Shown here: positions 30,721 to 40,492 of the stretch, piece by piece | How positions within the stretch are numbered: position 1 is the first letter of the stretch | How the letters are laid out: every line of letters starts with the position of its first letter | Sequence record: SRR20825019_97 | Direction: 5' to 3' (one strand) | DNA length: 64,000 bases | Translations under genes and position numbers: made by a program | Notes under the pieces: model-generated | What the model was told of the DNA's origin: nothing | What the model saw: the letters and a program-made list of their open reading frames with translations, nothing else | Databases searched by the model: none

Positions 30721-32093
30721 AAATACTCGACGGCCTGAAACAGGTTCAGCAACTTACTCCGCGCAAGCAACGACAGTTCGAGCGTTTCTACAGCGCCCAA
30801 TCCCGGTTCCGTTTCCTGCCGGTCTTTGCGGACGTCTCGCTGCTAATCACACTGATCGGAACCCTTGCGCACATGATGACGCTGGCCACACAGCTTGGCC
30901 CTGCCAACGTTCCGAGCGGACTGTTTGTCTACACCACGATTCTCTCCTGTCTCATTGTGGCCCACCGATTCAAGGCCGTGCGTTTTCGCACGCCACTGAT
31001 CATGTATCTGGTTTTCCTGAACATGGCCCTGTTCAGCTATCTTGCCTTTATCAAAACCGGTGGAGATCTCACACCGACGATCGGGCTCTACTTCTTCATC
31101 AGCTTCCTCGGCATCGTGACACTGTCGCCACGGCATACCCTGATCATGATCGCCATCAATCTGGCGTTTCTCTACGCCGCTACCTGGGCCGCGGTACCCG
31201 CAGCGGATGTGGCAACCAAGCTACAGGAAGTGTTGTTGAACTGGCTGGTTCTGATGTGCCTGGTCATTTCACCGTTGTTAGCCGTTTTTTTTCGTCGCTT
31301 CGTGCGAAACATCCTGGCGCTGCAGTTCCTGTTGCGCGACAGAAACCGGATGTTGAGCCGCACTCTGCGAACGCTTCAGGTGACTGAGGAAAACCTGATC
31401 CAGCAACAGAAGCATCAGGCCCTCAGTCACATGGCCAAGGGCCTGCTCCATGAAATCATGAATCCGGTCAACTGCTCCGTGCAGGCGCTGCAGTACGCAA
31501 AGGATATCAACGAAGACCCCGAACTGGGCGAAGCGATCGACGATGCCGCGGCGCATCAGAAACGCATTGCCGACATCGTCTCGGACCTTATCGATTTCTC
31601 TGTCCCTCATCCGGAGCACGCCAAAGAACTGGCAAACCTCACGGGGCTTATCAATGCCGCCACGCGCTTCACCAAACACAAACTGCGCGGCATTGACCTG
31701 GAGATCGACGTACCGGAAACCCTAACAGTACCTTGCTACCCTTCGGCGCTGACTCAGGTGTTCGTGAATCTGTTTCTCAATGCTGCCTCGGCGCTTCAGA
31801 GCCAACTGGATCGTCAGCCCGCCATCATTCATGTGTCGACGACTCGCGATGCCCGGACCCTTGATATCACACTGGCCGATAATGGCTGCGGCATTCCCGA
31901 GGAGGAGATACGTCGCCTGACGGATCCTTTCTATTCGACCAGTGACACACCGGAAAACCTCGGGCTGGGCCTTAGCATTTGCCAGACCATCCTGCGCCAC
32001 CACGGTGGGACACTGTCGATTAGCAGTGCGCTGGGGCAATGGACGCGGGTGACACTGGCGCTGCCCCTGGAGGCCGATCGCGTCAGAACCTGA
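30717..32093 (+). CDS. Membrane sensor histidine kinase
   Basis: About 6 TM segments, H-box LLHEIMNP, QVFVNLFLNA, DNGCGI, PFYST, GLGLSI. Confidence 0.92.
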   Translation: MKILDGLKQVQQLTPRKQRQFERFYSAQSRFRFLPVFADVSLLITLIGTLAHMMTLATQLGPANVPSGLFVYTTILSCLIVAHRFKAVRFRTPLIMYLVFLNMALFSYLAFIKTGGDLTPTIGLYFFISFLGIVTLSPRHTLIMIAINLAFLYAATWAAVPAADVATKLQEVLLNWLVLMCLVISPLLAVFFRRFVRNILALQFLLRDRNRMLSRTLRTLQVTEENLIQQQKHQALSHMAKGLLHEIMNPVNCSVQALQYAKDINEDPELGEAIDDAAAHQKRIADIVSDLIDFSVPHPEHAKELANLTGLINAATRFTKHKLRGIDLEIDVPETLTVPCYPSALTQVFVNLFLNAASALQSQLDRQPAIIHVSTTRDARTLDITLADNGCGIPEEEIRRLTDPFYSTSDTPENLGLGLSICQTILRHHGGTLSISSALGQWTRVTLALPLEADRVRT

Positions 32094-33204
32094 GCTGGGC
32101 ACGCACGGTGACCGCATCCCCATCGGGGTTTGCCATCAAAGCATTGCCGCTGATGGTCGGAATCAGGTAATTCACCCTCAGCAGAACCGATTTACGCCAA
32201 TAATAGTTGATCCCCAGCATCGCTATGGAGGCTTCGGCGCCCACATCCCGCTGCCTGAGATCCACCCCGCTCCAGCGCGCCACCAGTTCGACGGCACCCA
32301 GATGGCTGAGCGGGTCAATGCGGTCAAACTCGCCTCGGCTATACCCCCGGTGTTCGCCCGTGAGCAGGTAGCCCAGCTGGGCATAACCGCCAGTGAATTG
32401 CCATTCGTCGCCCCCAACCTGCCTGACACGCTGGGTCATCGCCTCCGATGTGACGGTGACTGAATCGCGACTCCAGGCAAACTCGCCACCCAACAGTGCC
32501 AGGTCATCCGCGTCAAAACGCGGGCTTCGGATCACATTGTCGGCGCTGTAGACCTCCCCATGATCGCGTATCTGGAACCGTTCGCCGCGCATGTCACGCC
32601 AGGATCCGGCCAGGCCCAGATGGATTGTCTGATGTTCAGTGTGAAGCGGGGCAAAGGTCACGCGGCCCGTTACCGCCCTGGGAGCCTGGGAATCGCCACT
32701 TTCCCGAAATACGCCCAGTGCCCAGGTGGCCTTTTTACCGGCCCGGTTTACCATCACGCCTTCGGAGCGCCCCGGCGCAAAGGCGCTGGTCGCCAGGGAG
32801 CGTTCGTTGGTCATCAGGCTGGAATAGCCACTGGTACGTTCAAAACCAAAAGGCTCTTTCATCCGACCCACCTGGACGCCACCCCAGCCAAAGCCATCGT
32901 ATCGCAACCAGACGTCATCGAATTCCAGTACCTGCTCATCACCGTCGTACTGATAGTCACCATCAAGCTCGAAGGACCAGTGTTTGCCATAGGCAAGTTC
33001 AAGTCCGAGCCTGAATTTCCGCAGTACCGTGTTCGTGGTCGAGTCAACGCCATCTTCGTCATGGAAAGCGCCATAATGGTCCACACCGCCCACCACGTAG
33101 CCGCCGATGTCGGCCTCAAAATCAGTGGTGTCTGCATGCACCTGCAGGGAAAAGCAGGCCGTCAGCCACATCACCAGCATTGCCCAGCGCAGATCGCCCA
33201 TCAT
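32083..33204 (-). CDS. OprO/OprP-family phosphate-selective porin
   Basis: Signal peptide, GRMKEPFGFE...ERSL, GGYAQLGYLLTGEHR.Y, GAVELVARW, GINYY, C-terminal Phe. Confidence 0.85.
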   Translation of the reverse strand: MMGDLRWAMLVMWLTACFSLQVHADTTDFEADIGGYVVGGVDHYGAFHDEDGVDSTTNTVLRKFRLGLELAYGKHWSFELDGDYQYDGDEQVLEFDDVWLRYDGFGWGGVQVGRMKEPFGFERTSGYSSLMTNERSLATSAFAPGRSEGVMVNRAGKKATWALGVFRESGDSQAPRAVTGRVTFAPLHTEHQTIHLGLAGSWRDMRGERFQIRDHGEVYSADNVIRSPRFDADDLALLGGEFAWSRDSVTVTSEAMTQRVRQVGGDEWQFTGGYAQLGYLLTGEHRGYSRGEFDRIDPLSHLGAVELVARWSGVDLRQRDVGAEASIAMLGINYYWRKSVLLRVNYLIPTISGNALMANPDGDAVTVRAQLRF

Positions 33205-33779
33205 GATCCCTGCTCCATGCGGTAATGCATCCTTAGCTGCGCTGTATCCCGCAGAAAGCTTACGGAAACCACATCCACCCGATTCACATCCAGGCCAGTC
33301 CGAGATCGCAGGTCGGCAATCAGTTCGTCCTGACGGTCGGTGTGAATCAGGTCAATTTTTTCGTACTCGATGTCCTTCTCGCCGCACAATGGCAACATCA
33401 TCCGGGTTTCCAGCAACAAGGCGATGGCGATCACCAGGCCATTCAGGCACGCCAACACCCAATGCTCCACGTTCCCGACGGCCGCCAACAGCGCCATGGC
33501 GATCACCAGAAACAGATAGGTCATTTCCTTGATACCCAATGCTTCGGTGCGGTATCGCAACATCGAGAACACCGCGAACAACCCAAAGGCGAAACCCATG
33601 GACACGGTCACCGAATTCAGTAACGCCGTGACCAGGAACACACCCACGCCAAACAGGATGAACGAGGCGGCGTTTTCACGATGGTGGGAAAATGCGTAGT
33701 AACAACGGATCAGGATGAAAACCGAGATCAGGTTAATGATCAGGCGGATAAAGAAATGGACATCAACTGCAGATTCCAT
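33201..33779 (-). CDS. DUF4956 membrane protein
   Basis: SMGFAFGLFAVFSMLRYRTE...KEMTYLF, ADLRSRTGL. Confidence 0.88.
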   Translation of the reverse strand: MESAVDVHFFIRLIINLISVFILIRCYYAFSHHRENAASFILFGVGVFLVTALLNSVTVSMGFAFGLFAVFSMLRYRTEALGIKEMTYLFLVIAMALLAAVGNVEHWVLACLNGLVIAIALLLETRMMLPLCGEKDIEYEKIDLIHTDRQDELIADLRSRTGLDVNRVDVVSVSFLRDTAQLRMHYRMEQGS

Positions 33780-34561
33780 GATGACTCCTTGAAGTAGCGG
33801 TATTCTCTCGGGGCCCTGAGCGCATCAAGCTTCGACAACACTGGCTTGAAGCGGTTGGCCTTGATCCGGCCCCGGCACAGCAGCGCCGTTCCGATGCAGT
33901 ATTTGCTGAAGCTGACGGGCCTGTGGCCCATCCTTTTCAGGATGTCCAGAACGGGTGAACGCCGCTGATGGCGCAACGATTTGACCTCCACCAACACAAC
34001 GCCCGGCAACCCGATCCGCCGGTGTTCCCCGCTATGCTCGAAGCAGATATCCGTATCCACGGTAACCCGCTCGTGACCGGTTCTGCTGAGCAGCGTGATG
34101 CGATGGTAGTGAACAAAAAGAGCCGGCAGCATCCGTGTCGCCGGCAGGCCCAGTTGCTCTTGAAGGAAGTGGTGCAGGGTTCGTGCGTCTGGCTCCGCCC
34201 CGGTCAATACCATTCTCTGTTTGGAGGTGCGCAGTTTGTTGGTCTTGACCTTGACCTCCAGAAAACGCTCACCGGTGGCCCGGTAGTGGCGAGTGCGGAC
34301 CTTTACGCGGTTCAGTTTGCCATTGTGGTGATCGAGGTAGAGCTGCCGGCCGGGCGTATCGAAATAGAGCGTGTCGTATGCCATTCCCCGACACCCGTTC
34401 ATCTCCAGCACCGTGTACTCTGCCGTCAGCTCTGCCAGACACTGGTTCAGTTCGGCAGCGTCGATCAGATACTTGGTATCCACCCGATCCATCAACGCTG
34501 ACGAGCTCTGATCCGCCAGTGAGTGGGATTCAAATGCGTTCAGGCTGAAACAACTGGCCAT
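33740..34561 (-). CDS. VTC-domain (polyphosphate polymerase / TTM fold) protein
   Basis: RVDTKY, TLYFDT, KVRTRHY, FLEVK, YHRITL, ERVTVD, LVEVK, FSKY; TAATG coupling to the CotH gene. Confidence 0.9.
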   Translation of the reverse strand: MASCFSLNAFESHSLADQSSSALMDRVDTKYLIDAAELNQCLAELTAEYTVLEMNGCRGMAYDTLYFDTPGRQLYLDHHNGKLNRVKVRTRHYRATGERFLEVKVKTNKLRTSKQRMVLTGAEPDARTLHHFLQEQLGLPATRMLPALFVHYHRITLLSRTGHERVTVDTDICFEHSGEHRRIGLPGVVLVEVKSLRHQRRSPVLDILKRMGHRPVSFSKYCIGTALLCRGRIKANRFKPVLSKLDALRAPREYRYFKESSWNLQLMSISLSA

Positions 34562-36333
34562 TATTCAGTACCCGGCAGGTATTCCATGGTCATGTCGATG
34601 TCCATATCCACATCGCCGGCGTTTGCGCCGCTGCCTACGCTGTTGAGGGTGATGGTGCCGGTCGCCCCCAGCGCCAGTGACACCACGTCGCCAGGTACGG
34701 ATTCATCCACTTCAAAGAGCAACGCATTGGTGGCAAAGCCATGGAGCTTATGGGTTCCGGGTATGTAATCGGTGTCTTCGATAAATACCTGCAACACATA
34801 AGGCTTGAAGCCCTGGGCGGCGTCGACACCAATCAGCAGCAAACTGTGCACGGCGGGAGCCAGCTCGGTGTCAACGGAGTACACCAGGCTGTCTACTTCA
34901 AAGGCAGCGAACGTCAGGCTCGCGCTGACCTGTCGACCATCCGGCAAGGTGAAACTGAATACTCCGGAGTCTGTGCCGGATACCGCTGAAACACTGGCGG
35001 TCAGATTGGTGGTGGCTGGCTCGGAGCAGTCCGGCTGGGTATCCTCCAGCAAGGTCACCGCCTCTTCCGGCTCGTTTCCGGCGATGGCGCTGAGCAACAC
35101 CTCCCGTTGCGATCGCTCATACCCGTCGTCTCCGGGCATGCCGGTGCCAAGCAGGAAGCTTTCAACACTTTCAACGTCGGCCTCCGTGGTCCCAGTCAAC
35201 GCCATCACCCGCTCGATCTCCAGCTGCATCGCTTCTTCGTCCCAGTGGTTGGCCAACAGGTCTTCCAGCGCGTCCAGGTATTGCTGGCGGTATTCCGGCA
35301 TCCCATAAAGCCGCTCCGCCAGACGGAAGTTACGGTACAGAGGCGCGGAGCCAGGCTTCAGGGGATGGGTTCCACGAAAGGCGGTATCGGCACCCCAGGG
35401 GATGAAGTGGAACAGCCCATCGTCCGGAGAATGGTAGAGGTAAAAGTTATTGGCGTTGCCGCTCGCCGAATCCCACGCTCCCAGCAAGGTTTCCATGGCC
35501 CAGAAACGGATGAACTCATCCACATCCAGCAATTGGGGCAACACGTCCATCATCGCCTCATCATCCAGCGCCATGGCGTCCGCAACGGCTTGCAGATCAG
35601 AGCGGTTGTTGGCGTCTTCGTTGGTCTTGGTCTCGAACCGGCGGATCAGATAGTTGCCGAAATCGGCCTGCTGCGCCTCATACAGATTGCCCGAGTCATC
35701 GCCAAACGTGCGCCGCAAAAAGGGCTTCCGTATAGGTTCAACATGGGCAAAAACCCCCAAATCCTCGCCATTGACGGTCACCTGGGCGTAGTTGCATAAC
35801 GGCGCTGCGATACCGATATCCCGGAACCGGTCGTAAGCCAGGCATTGACGAACATTGGAGGGATCCTGACGATTGTTGTTCAGGGTCATACGGGACACGT
35901 TCTGGTAAGTACGCCCTTCCTGCAGGTCGTTAAAATCCAGTTTCAGGGAAGGCAGGTCCGGGCTGAGTGAACCGATAAAGCCTTTTTTCCGCACGTTCAC
36001 GTTGCCCATGGTATCGCCGTCGATGGTGACGGTGGCGGGCAACTCGGTGTACTCGAACTCGGGCAGGCATTCGCGGGAGGTTTCAGCCAACGTTCGCGCC
36101 TCGGCTTTCAATGTTCTCCAGTTGCTGGCGGACATGGTGATTTCCACGTCGAGCAGGCGCTCCGGGTCAAAAATATCGCCATCACCGCCAATGTTGACCG
36201 GCTCTACCGGTGCGTCAAAATCCGAAGGGCTGGATTCGCTGCTGCTCCCGCCGCCACCGCAGCCGGTCAATACCGCCAGAGCGCCCAGCAGAACGATTGC
36301 CTTTCCCGAAAATCCATCAGTCCTTATTTTCAT
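34561..36333 (-). CDS. CotH-family atypical kinase, lipoprotein
   Basis: Lipobox LTGC plus G/S linker; RKKG...S, SLKLDF, LNN..QDPS, VNGEDLGVF..VE, WDS...NNFYLY, FIPWGAD. Confidence 0.85.
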   Translation of the reverse strand: MKIRTDGFSGKAIVLLGALAVLTGCGGGGSSSESSPSDFDAPVEPVNIGGDGDIFDPERLLDVEITMSASNWRTLKAEARTLAETSRECLPEFEYTELPATVTIDGDTMGNVNVRKKGFIGSLSPDLPSLKLDFNDLQEGRTYQNVSRMTLNNNRQDPSNVRQCLAYDRFRDIGIAAPLCNYAQVTVNGEDLGVFAHVEPIRKPFLRRTFGDDSGNLYEAQQADFGNYLIRRFETKTNEDANNRSDLQAVADAMALDDEAMMDVLPQLLDVDEFIRFWAMETLLGAWDSASGNANNFYLYHSPDDGLFHFIPWGADTAFRGTHPLKPGSAPLYRNFRLAERLYGMPEYRQQYLDALEDLLANHWDEEAMQLEIERVMALTGTTEADVESVESFLLGTGMPGDDGYERSQREVLLSAIAGNEPEEAVTLLEDTQPDCSEPATTNLTASVSAVSGTDSGVFSFTLPDGRQVSASLTFAAFEVDSLVYSVDTELAPAVHSLLLIGVDAAQGFKPYVLQVFIEDTDYIPGTHKLHGFATNALLFEVDESVPGDVVSLALGATGTITLNSVGSGANAGDVDMDIDMTMEYLPGTE

Positions 36334-36412
36334 TGTTTTGTCCCCACATCAGGCCGAATTGGCCGGTTTCTTGTCTGATGGAAGAGTATTGTCGGGGGGA
36401 CTGAAAACTGTA

Positions 36413-36429
36413 TGTAAGACTGTCTTACA
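36413..36429. promoter_or_regulatory. Perfect palindrome upstream of the CotH-VTC operon
   Basis: TGTAAGAC-T-GTCTTACA about 80 bp before the CotH start. Confidence 0.65.
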
Positions 36430-36458
36430 GCGAAACGGGAAAGCGGACAGGCGTCACA

Positions 36459-38249
36459 TTACTGATCGGTCGACTGCCTGCGATAGAACCGAAGCAATCG
36501 TTCCAGCATATCGGCAACGTTGCTCTGCTTGCGAAATCCGTGACCCTCGTCAGGGTACACATACACCTCCGGAGAGCCACCATTGCGACGCAGCGCATTG
36601 ACGATGGCAGTGGTCTGCTGCGGGACCACCACCCGATCCTGCGCACCCTGGAAAAAGATCATCGGTCGACAGAGGCGATCTGCCTGAGCCAGTGGCGACC
36701 TCTGCTGCCAGTTGTCGGGACAGTCGTCGGGAGATCCCAACAACCAGTCCAGATAACCGGATTCAAATCGATGCGTCATCGCTCTCAGCCGCCGGGGATC
36801 ACTGACACCGAACTGGCTGGCGCCCGCCGCAAACACGTCGGTTTGGACCATGGCCAGCAATGCGGTATAACCGCCCGAACTGCGGCCCTGGATGAAAAGC
36901 CTGGCGGGATCAACGGCTTTGTTGTCGACCAGCCAGCGAGCAGCACGTTCCATATCCGCCACGTCCACACGTCCCCAGTTCCCCGCCAACGCCATGCGAA
37001 AGGCCCGGCCGAAGCCAGAACTGCCGCGGTAGTTCACGTCAGCCACGGCAAACCCCTGACGGCACCAGAACTGGGTCTGGAGGTTGAGCACCGGATAGGT
37101 CGTGGAGGTCGGGCCGCCATGGGCAATCAGGATGATTGGTACCGACTTACCATCAGACGCGGATGGCACTGGCGGGTAGAAAAAACCGCTGATGGCATCG
37201 ACACCACCGGCTGATGGCGGAACGCTGAAGAGTTCCGGCTGAGACAATGTCATTCCAGGGAAAGGCTCTTCGCCACCGGAGAGTGGCTCGGCATGTCCGG
37301 TGCCCCAATCGACCGACAACACCGTGTCGAGCCGGGTGGACGAGCGGGCAATACACAGCACCCTCTGGCCTTGCACAACCAGGCATCGAAAGTCGACGTA
37401 CTCCCTTGCGATCCGCACGCCTGTTTCTTCATTCTCTGAACATAACCACAACTGCCCGACTCCGGCCTGGTACCGCACACGTACCCAGCCACCGTCGGGA
37501 AGGCATTGGTGGTGACGCTCGCCCAGTTGCCAGGGGGCGCTGGCATGATCCTCCCGCGTGCCATCCAGCAAGTGCCATTGCCCACTGGACGCCAGTCGCC
37601 ACGGTTGCCACCACCCCTCATGATCCGACAACACAATCACGTCGTCGCCATCAAATATCGGCTGCTGCACACTGCCTTTTGAAGGCGAGGGCCAGCGTCG
37701 CGCCTGGGTCAGTGAGCCGTCCTGCTGAATCGATGCTGTCCAGAGTACGGAGGCAACCCACGGCATATCCGGTAACGACCAGCTCACCCAGGCCAGGTGC
37801 CGCCCGTCGGCCGATACCGCCGGGGCGCTGTAAAAGTCTTCCGACTCGTGGAGTATGCAGTTCGCTGATTCACTGTCCGTTAGGGCAATACCCATCAGTT
37901 GCTGGCGGCCGTTCGCCTCACGCACTGCCAACACCCGGTGATGCGCCGCGTCCCAGGAGAGTCCGCCATAGCAGGCATCGTCGTCAGTGAGTGGAGAGCA
38001 CGCCCCTGTGGCCGTATCAATGTGATAAACCTGCTGCCCGGACGCCTCGACGGCGAATACGCTTTCGGGCCCGGCACACAGCGCACCACCTCCATAACCG
38101 TTAACCTGGCTGCGAGCGCTGAAGCTGCGAGAGAGCAAAGGAATCCCGACACCCGCCTCCAAGGTCATTATCACATTGCCACCACTGACCGGGTCGGACT
38201 CCAGCCAGAATACACCGGTCGCAGATGCCGCTAGCTCTGTACGCTGCAA
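36459..38249 (-). CDS. S9 family serine peptidase downstream of pqqE (PqqH/PqqG-like)
   Basis: HGGPT, NYRGSSGFG, nucleophile GRSSGG, QDRVV, EGHGF; start uncertain. Confidence 0.88.
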   Translation of the reverse strand: MQRTELAASATGVFWLESDPVSGGNVIMTLEAGVGIPLLSRSFSARSQVNGYGGGALCAGPESVFAVEASGQQVYHIDTATGACSPLTDDDACYGGLSWDAAHHRVLAVREANGRQQLMGIALTDSESANCILHESEDFYSAPAVSADGRHLAWVSWSLPDMPWVASVLWTASIQQDGSLTQARRWPSPSKGSVQQPIFDGDDVIVLSDHEGWWQPWRLASSGQWHLLDGTREDHASAPWQLGERHHQCLPDGGWVRVRYQAGVGQLWLCSENEETGVRIAREYVDFRCLVVQGQRVLCIARSSTRLDTVLSVDWGTGHAEPLSGGEEPFPGMTLSQPELFSVPPSAGGVDAISGFFYPPVPSASDGKSVPIILIAHGGPTSTTYPVLNLQTQFWCRQGFAVADVNYRGSSGFGRAFRMALAGNWGRVDVADMERAARWLVDNKAVDPARLFIQGRSSGGYTALLAMVQTDVFAAGASQFGVSDPRRLRAMTHRFESGYLDWLLGSPDDCPDNWQQRSPLAQADRLCRPMIFFQGAQDRVVVPQQTTAIVNALRRNGGSPEVYVYPDEGHGFRKQSNVADMLERLLRFYRRQSTDQ

Positions 38250-38310
38250 AAGCGCCGACGATGCCTGTTCTGACGTCAGCTTTGTCGTTGCATCTGGCTC
38301 ACGGGGCGCA

Positions 38311-39465
38311 TCAGCCCCTGAAGAACAACCGGGAGTTGTTGGCGTTGCGATAGGTCAGCTCCTCCAGCCCGGCGGTGGCATGGTCCGCCGCTTGGCGGGC
38401 GGCGAGGATGCGGTCATGATGGGGTGATTTACTGCAAACCGGGTCGGCGTTGTCGGCATTACCGGTCAGCAGGTAGGCCTGGCATCGGCAGCCGCCGAAA
38501 TCCTTTCCTTTTTCGTCGCAGGACCGGCACGGCTCCGGCATCCAGCTGTCACCCCGGTAATGGTTGAAACCCGGGCTGTCATACCAGATGGAGTGTAGCG
38601 AGGAATCCCGTACATTGGGAAACTCAATGGGTAACAGGCGGGCGCTGTGGCAGGGCAAGGCGGTGCCGTCCGGCGCCACGGTGAGGAACAGGCTGCCCCA
38701 CCCGTTCATGCAGGCCTTTGGCCGCTCCTCGTAATAGTCCGGGGTGACAAAGATCAACCTCATCGCCGAGCCGTCATCTGCCAGACGTTTGCGATAGATG
38801 TTTACTTCGGCCTCAGCCTTTTCCAGCTGTGCCTTGGAGGGCATCAACCCCTCACGGTTTTCGAACGCCCAGCCGTAGTATTGGCAGGTGGCCAACTCCA
38901 CGTAATCCGCACCCAATCGCTCACACAAGCTGATGATATCGTTCATTTGGTGGATATTGTGCCGATGGATCACAAAGTTGAGCACCATGGGGTAACCCGC
39001 TTCTTTTACCGCACGGGCCATCGCCAGCTTCTGCTCGAAAGCCTTGCGTGAGCCGGCCACGGCGTTGTTCAGTTCCGGGTCTGAGGCCTGGAAACTGACC
39101 TGGATATGGTCCAGCCCGGCGTCGCGGAAGGCGTTCACCTTGGCCTCGGTGAGCCCCAGGCCGGAGGTTATCAAATTGGTGTAATAGCCCAGCTGCCTGG
39201 CTTCTGCAATCAGCTCCGGAAGGTCCTGACGCACCAGCGGTTCGCCGCCGGAAAAGCCCAGTTGGGCTGCTCCCATCTCACGGCCCTGGCGCAGCACCCT
39301 GACCCACTCTTCGGTGCTTAATTCCTGCTGGGTCTGCGCGAAATCCAGTGGGTTGGAACAGTAAGGGCACTGCAGTGGACAGCGGTAGGTCAATTCCGCC
39401 AGCAGCCATAGGGGCGGACCAATACCAGGGCGATCGCCCGCCGGCATGGTGTCGTGCTGACTCAT
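38311..39465 (-). CDS. pqqE: PQQ biosynthesis radical SAM protein PqqE
   Basis: [31 protein letters not shown] cysteines ([15 protein letters not shown]). Confidence 0.97.
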   Translation of the reverse strand: MSQHDTMPAGDRPGIGPPLWLLAELTYRCPLQCPYCSNPLDFAQTQQELSTEEWVRVLRQGREMGAAQLGFSGGEPLVRQDLPELIAEARQLGYYTNLITSGLGLTEAKVNAFRDAGLDHIQVSFQASDPELNNAVAGSRKAFEQKLAMARAVKEAGYPMVLNFVIHRHNIHQMNDIISLCERLGADYVELATCQYYGWAFENREGLMPSKAQLEKAEAEVNIYRKRLADDGSAMRLIFVTPDYYEERPKACMNGWGSLFLTVAPDGTALPCHSARLLPIEFPNVRDSSLHSIWYDSPGFNHYRGDSWMPEPCRSCDEKGKDFGGCRCQAYLLTGNADNADPVCSKSPHHDRILAARQAADHATAGLEELTYRNANNSRLFFRG

Positions 39466-39737
39466 GGAAACAGTATCCAATGCTGCTGTTCGGCGTCCTT
39501 GAGGAAATCACTGACATCGTTTGCCAGGGATCCCGCATCGGGGAACTGCTGTTCCAGGATAGCGACAATATCGGCCACCGTGCGCTGGCCATCCACTTCC
39601 TTCAGCACCGCCCCGGCGCTGTCGTTCAACCGCACCATACCTTCGGGATACAACAGCACATGGGCGTTCTGGGCCGGCTCCCACTGGAAGCGGAAACCCG
39701 GGCGAAGTCGCGGTGTGCGCTCCATGGGCGTGGCCAC
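39462..39737 (-). CDS. pqqD: PQQ peptide chaperone PqqD
   Basis: FRFQWE...[19 protein letters not shown] start overlapping the pqqC stop (alternative ATG at 39725). Confidence 0.95.
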   Translation of the reverse strand: MATPMERTPRLRPGFRFQWEPAQNAHVLLYPEGMVRLNDSAGAVLKEVDGQRTVADIVAILEQQFPDAGSLANDVSDFLKDAEQQHWILFP

Positions 39738-40492
39738 TACACCCCCCGGTGCCAGACTGGCTGGTTGGTTACGGTGTGGTACGGCGGCGTGCGGTGCTGA
39801 TAAGCCATAGTCAGGGCATCCAACATAGACCATAAGATATCCAGTTTGAATTGAAGGATTTCCAGGGCACGGGCCTGCTGTGCCGCGGTGGTAAAGTGAT
39901 CCAGGGTAATCGTCAAACCATGCTCCACGTCACGGCGCGCTTCCGACAGCCGCTTGCGAAAATAGGCATAACCATCGGTCTGGATCCAGGGATAATGCAG
40001 GGGCCAGCTATCGAGCCGGGACTGGTGAATCTCGGGTGCAAACAGCTCCGTCAGGGAGGAACAGGCCGCTTCCTGCCAGGTCGCCCGTCGGGCAAAGTTC
40101 AGGTACGCGTCTACCGCAAACCGCACACCCGGCAGCACGTGGCGCTGGTCGAGGACCTCGTCCCGGGTTAGCCCTACGGCTTCCGCCAGGCTCAGCCAGG
40201 CCTCGATACCGCCTTCGTCGTCACTGTGCCCATCATGATCCAGTACTCTTTGGAGCCACAACCGGCGCACTGAGGCATCCGGGCAGTTGGCCATGATCGC
40301 TGCGTCCTTGCGGGGAATGTTGATCTGATAGTAGTACCGGTTAGCGACCCAGCCACGAATCTGCTCAGGAGTACAATCACCGCCATACATGGCTTTGTGG
40401 TACGGATGGTGGATGTGGTAGTACTGGCCCTTTGCCCGCAGGGCCTGCTCGAAATCCCCGCGATTCATGACAGGTGTAGCGAGTGCGTTCAC
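39737..40492 (-). CDS. pqqC: Pyrroloquinoline-quinone synthase PqqC
   Basis: [36 protein letters not shown]. Confidence 0.97.
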   Translation of the reverse strand: MNALATPVMNRGDFEQALRAKGQYYHIHHPYHKAMYGGDCTPEQIRGWVANRYYYQINIPRKDAAIMANCPDASVRRLWLQRVLDHDGHSDDEGGIEAWLSLAEAVGLTRDEVLDQRHVLPGVRFAVDAYLNFARRATWQEAACSSLTELFAPEIHQSRLDSWPLHYPWIQTDGYAYFRKRLSEARRDVEHGLTITLDHFTTAAQQARALEILQFKLDILWSMLDALTMAYQHRTPPYHTVTNQPVWHRGV

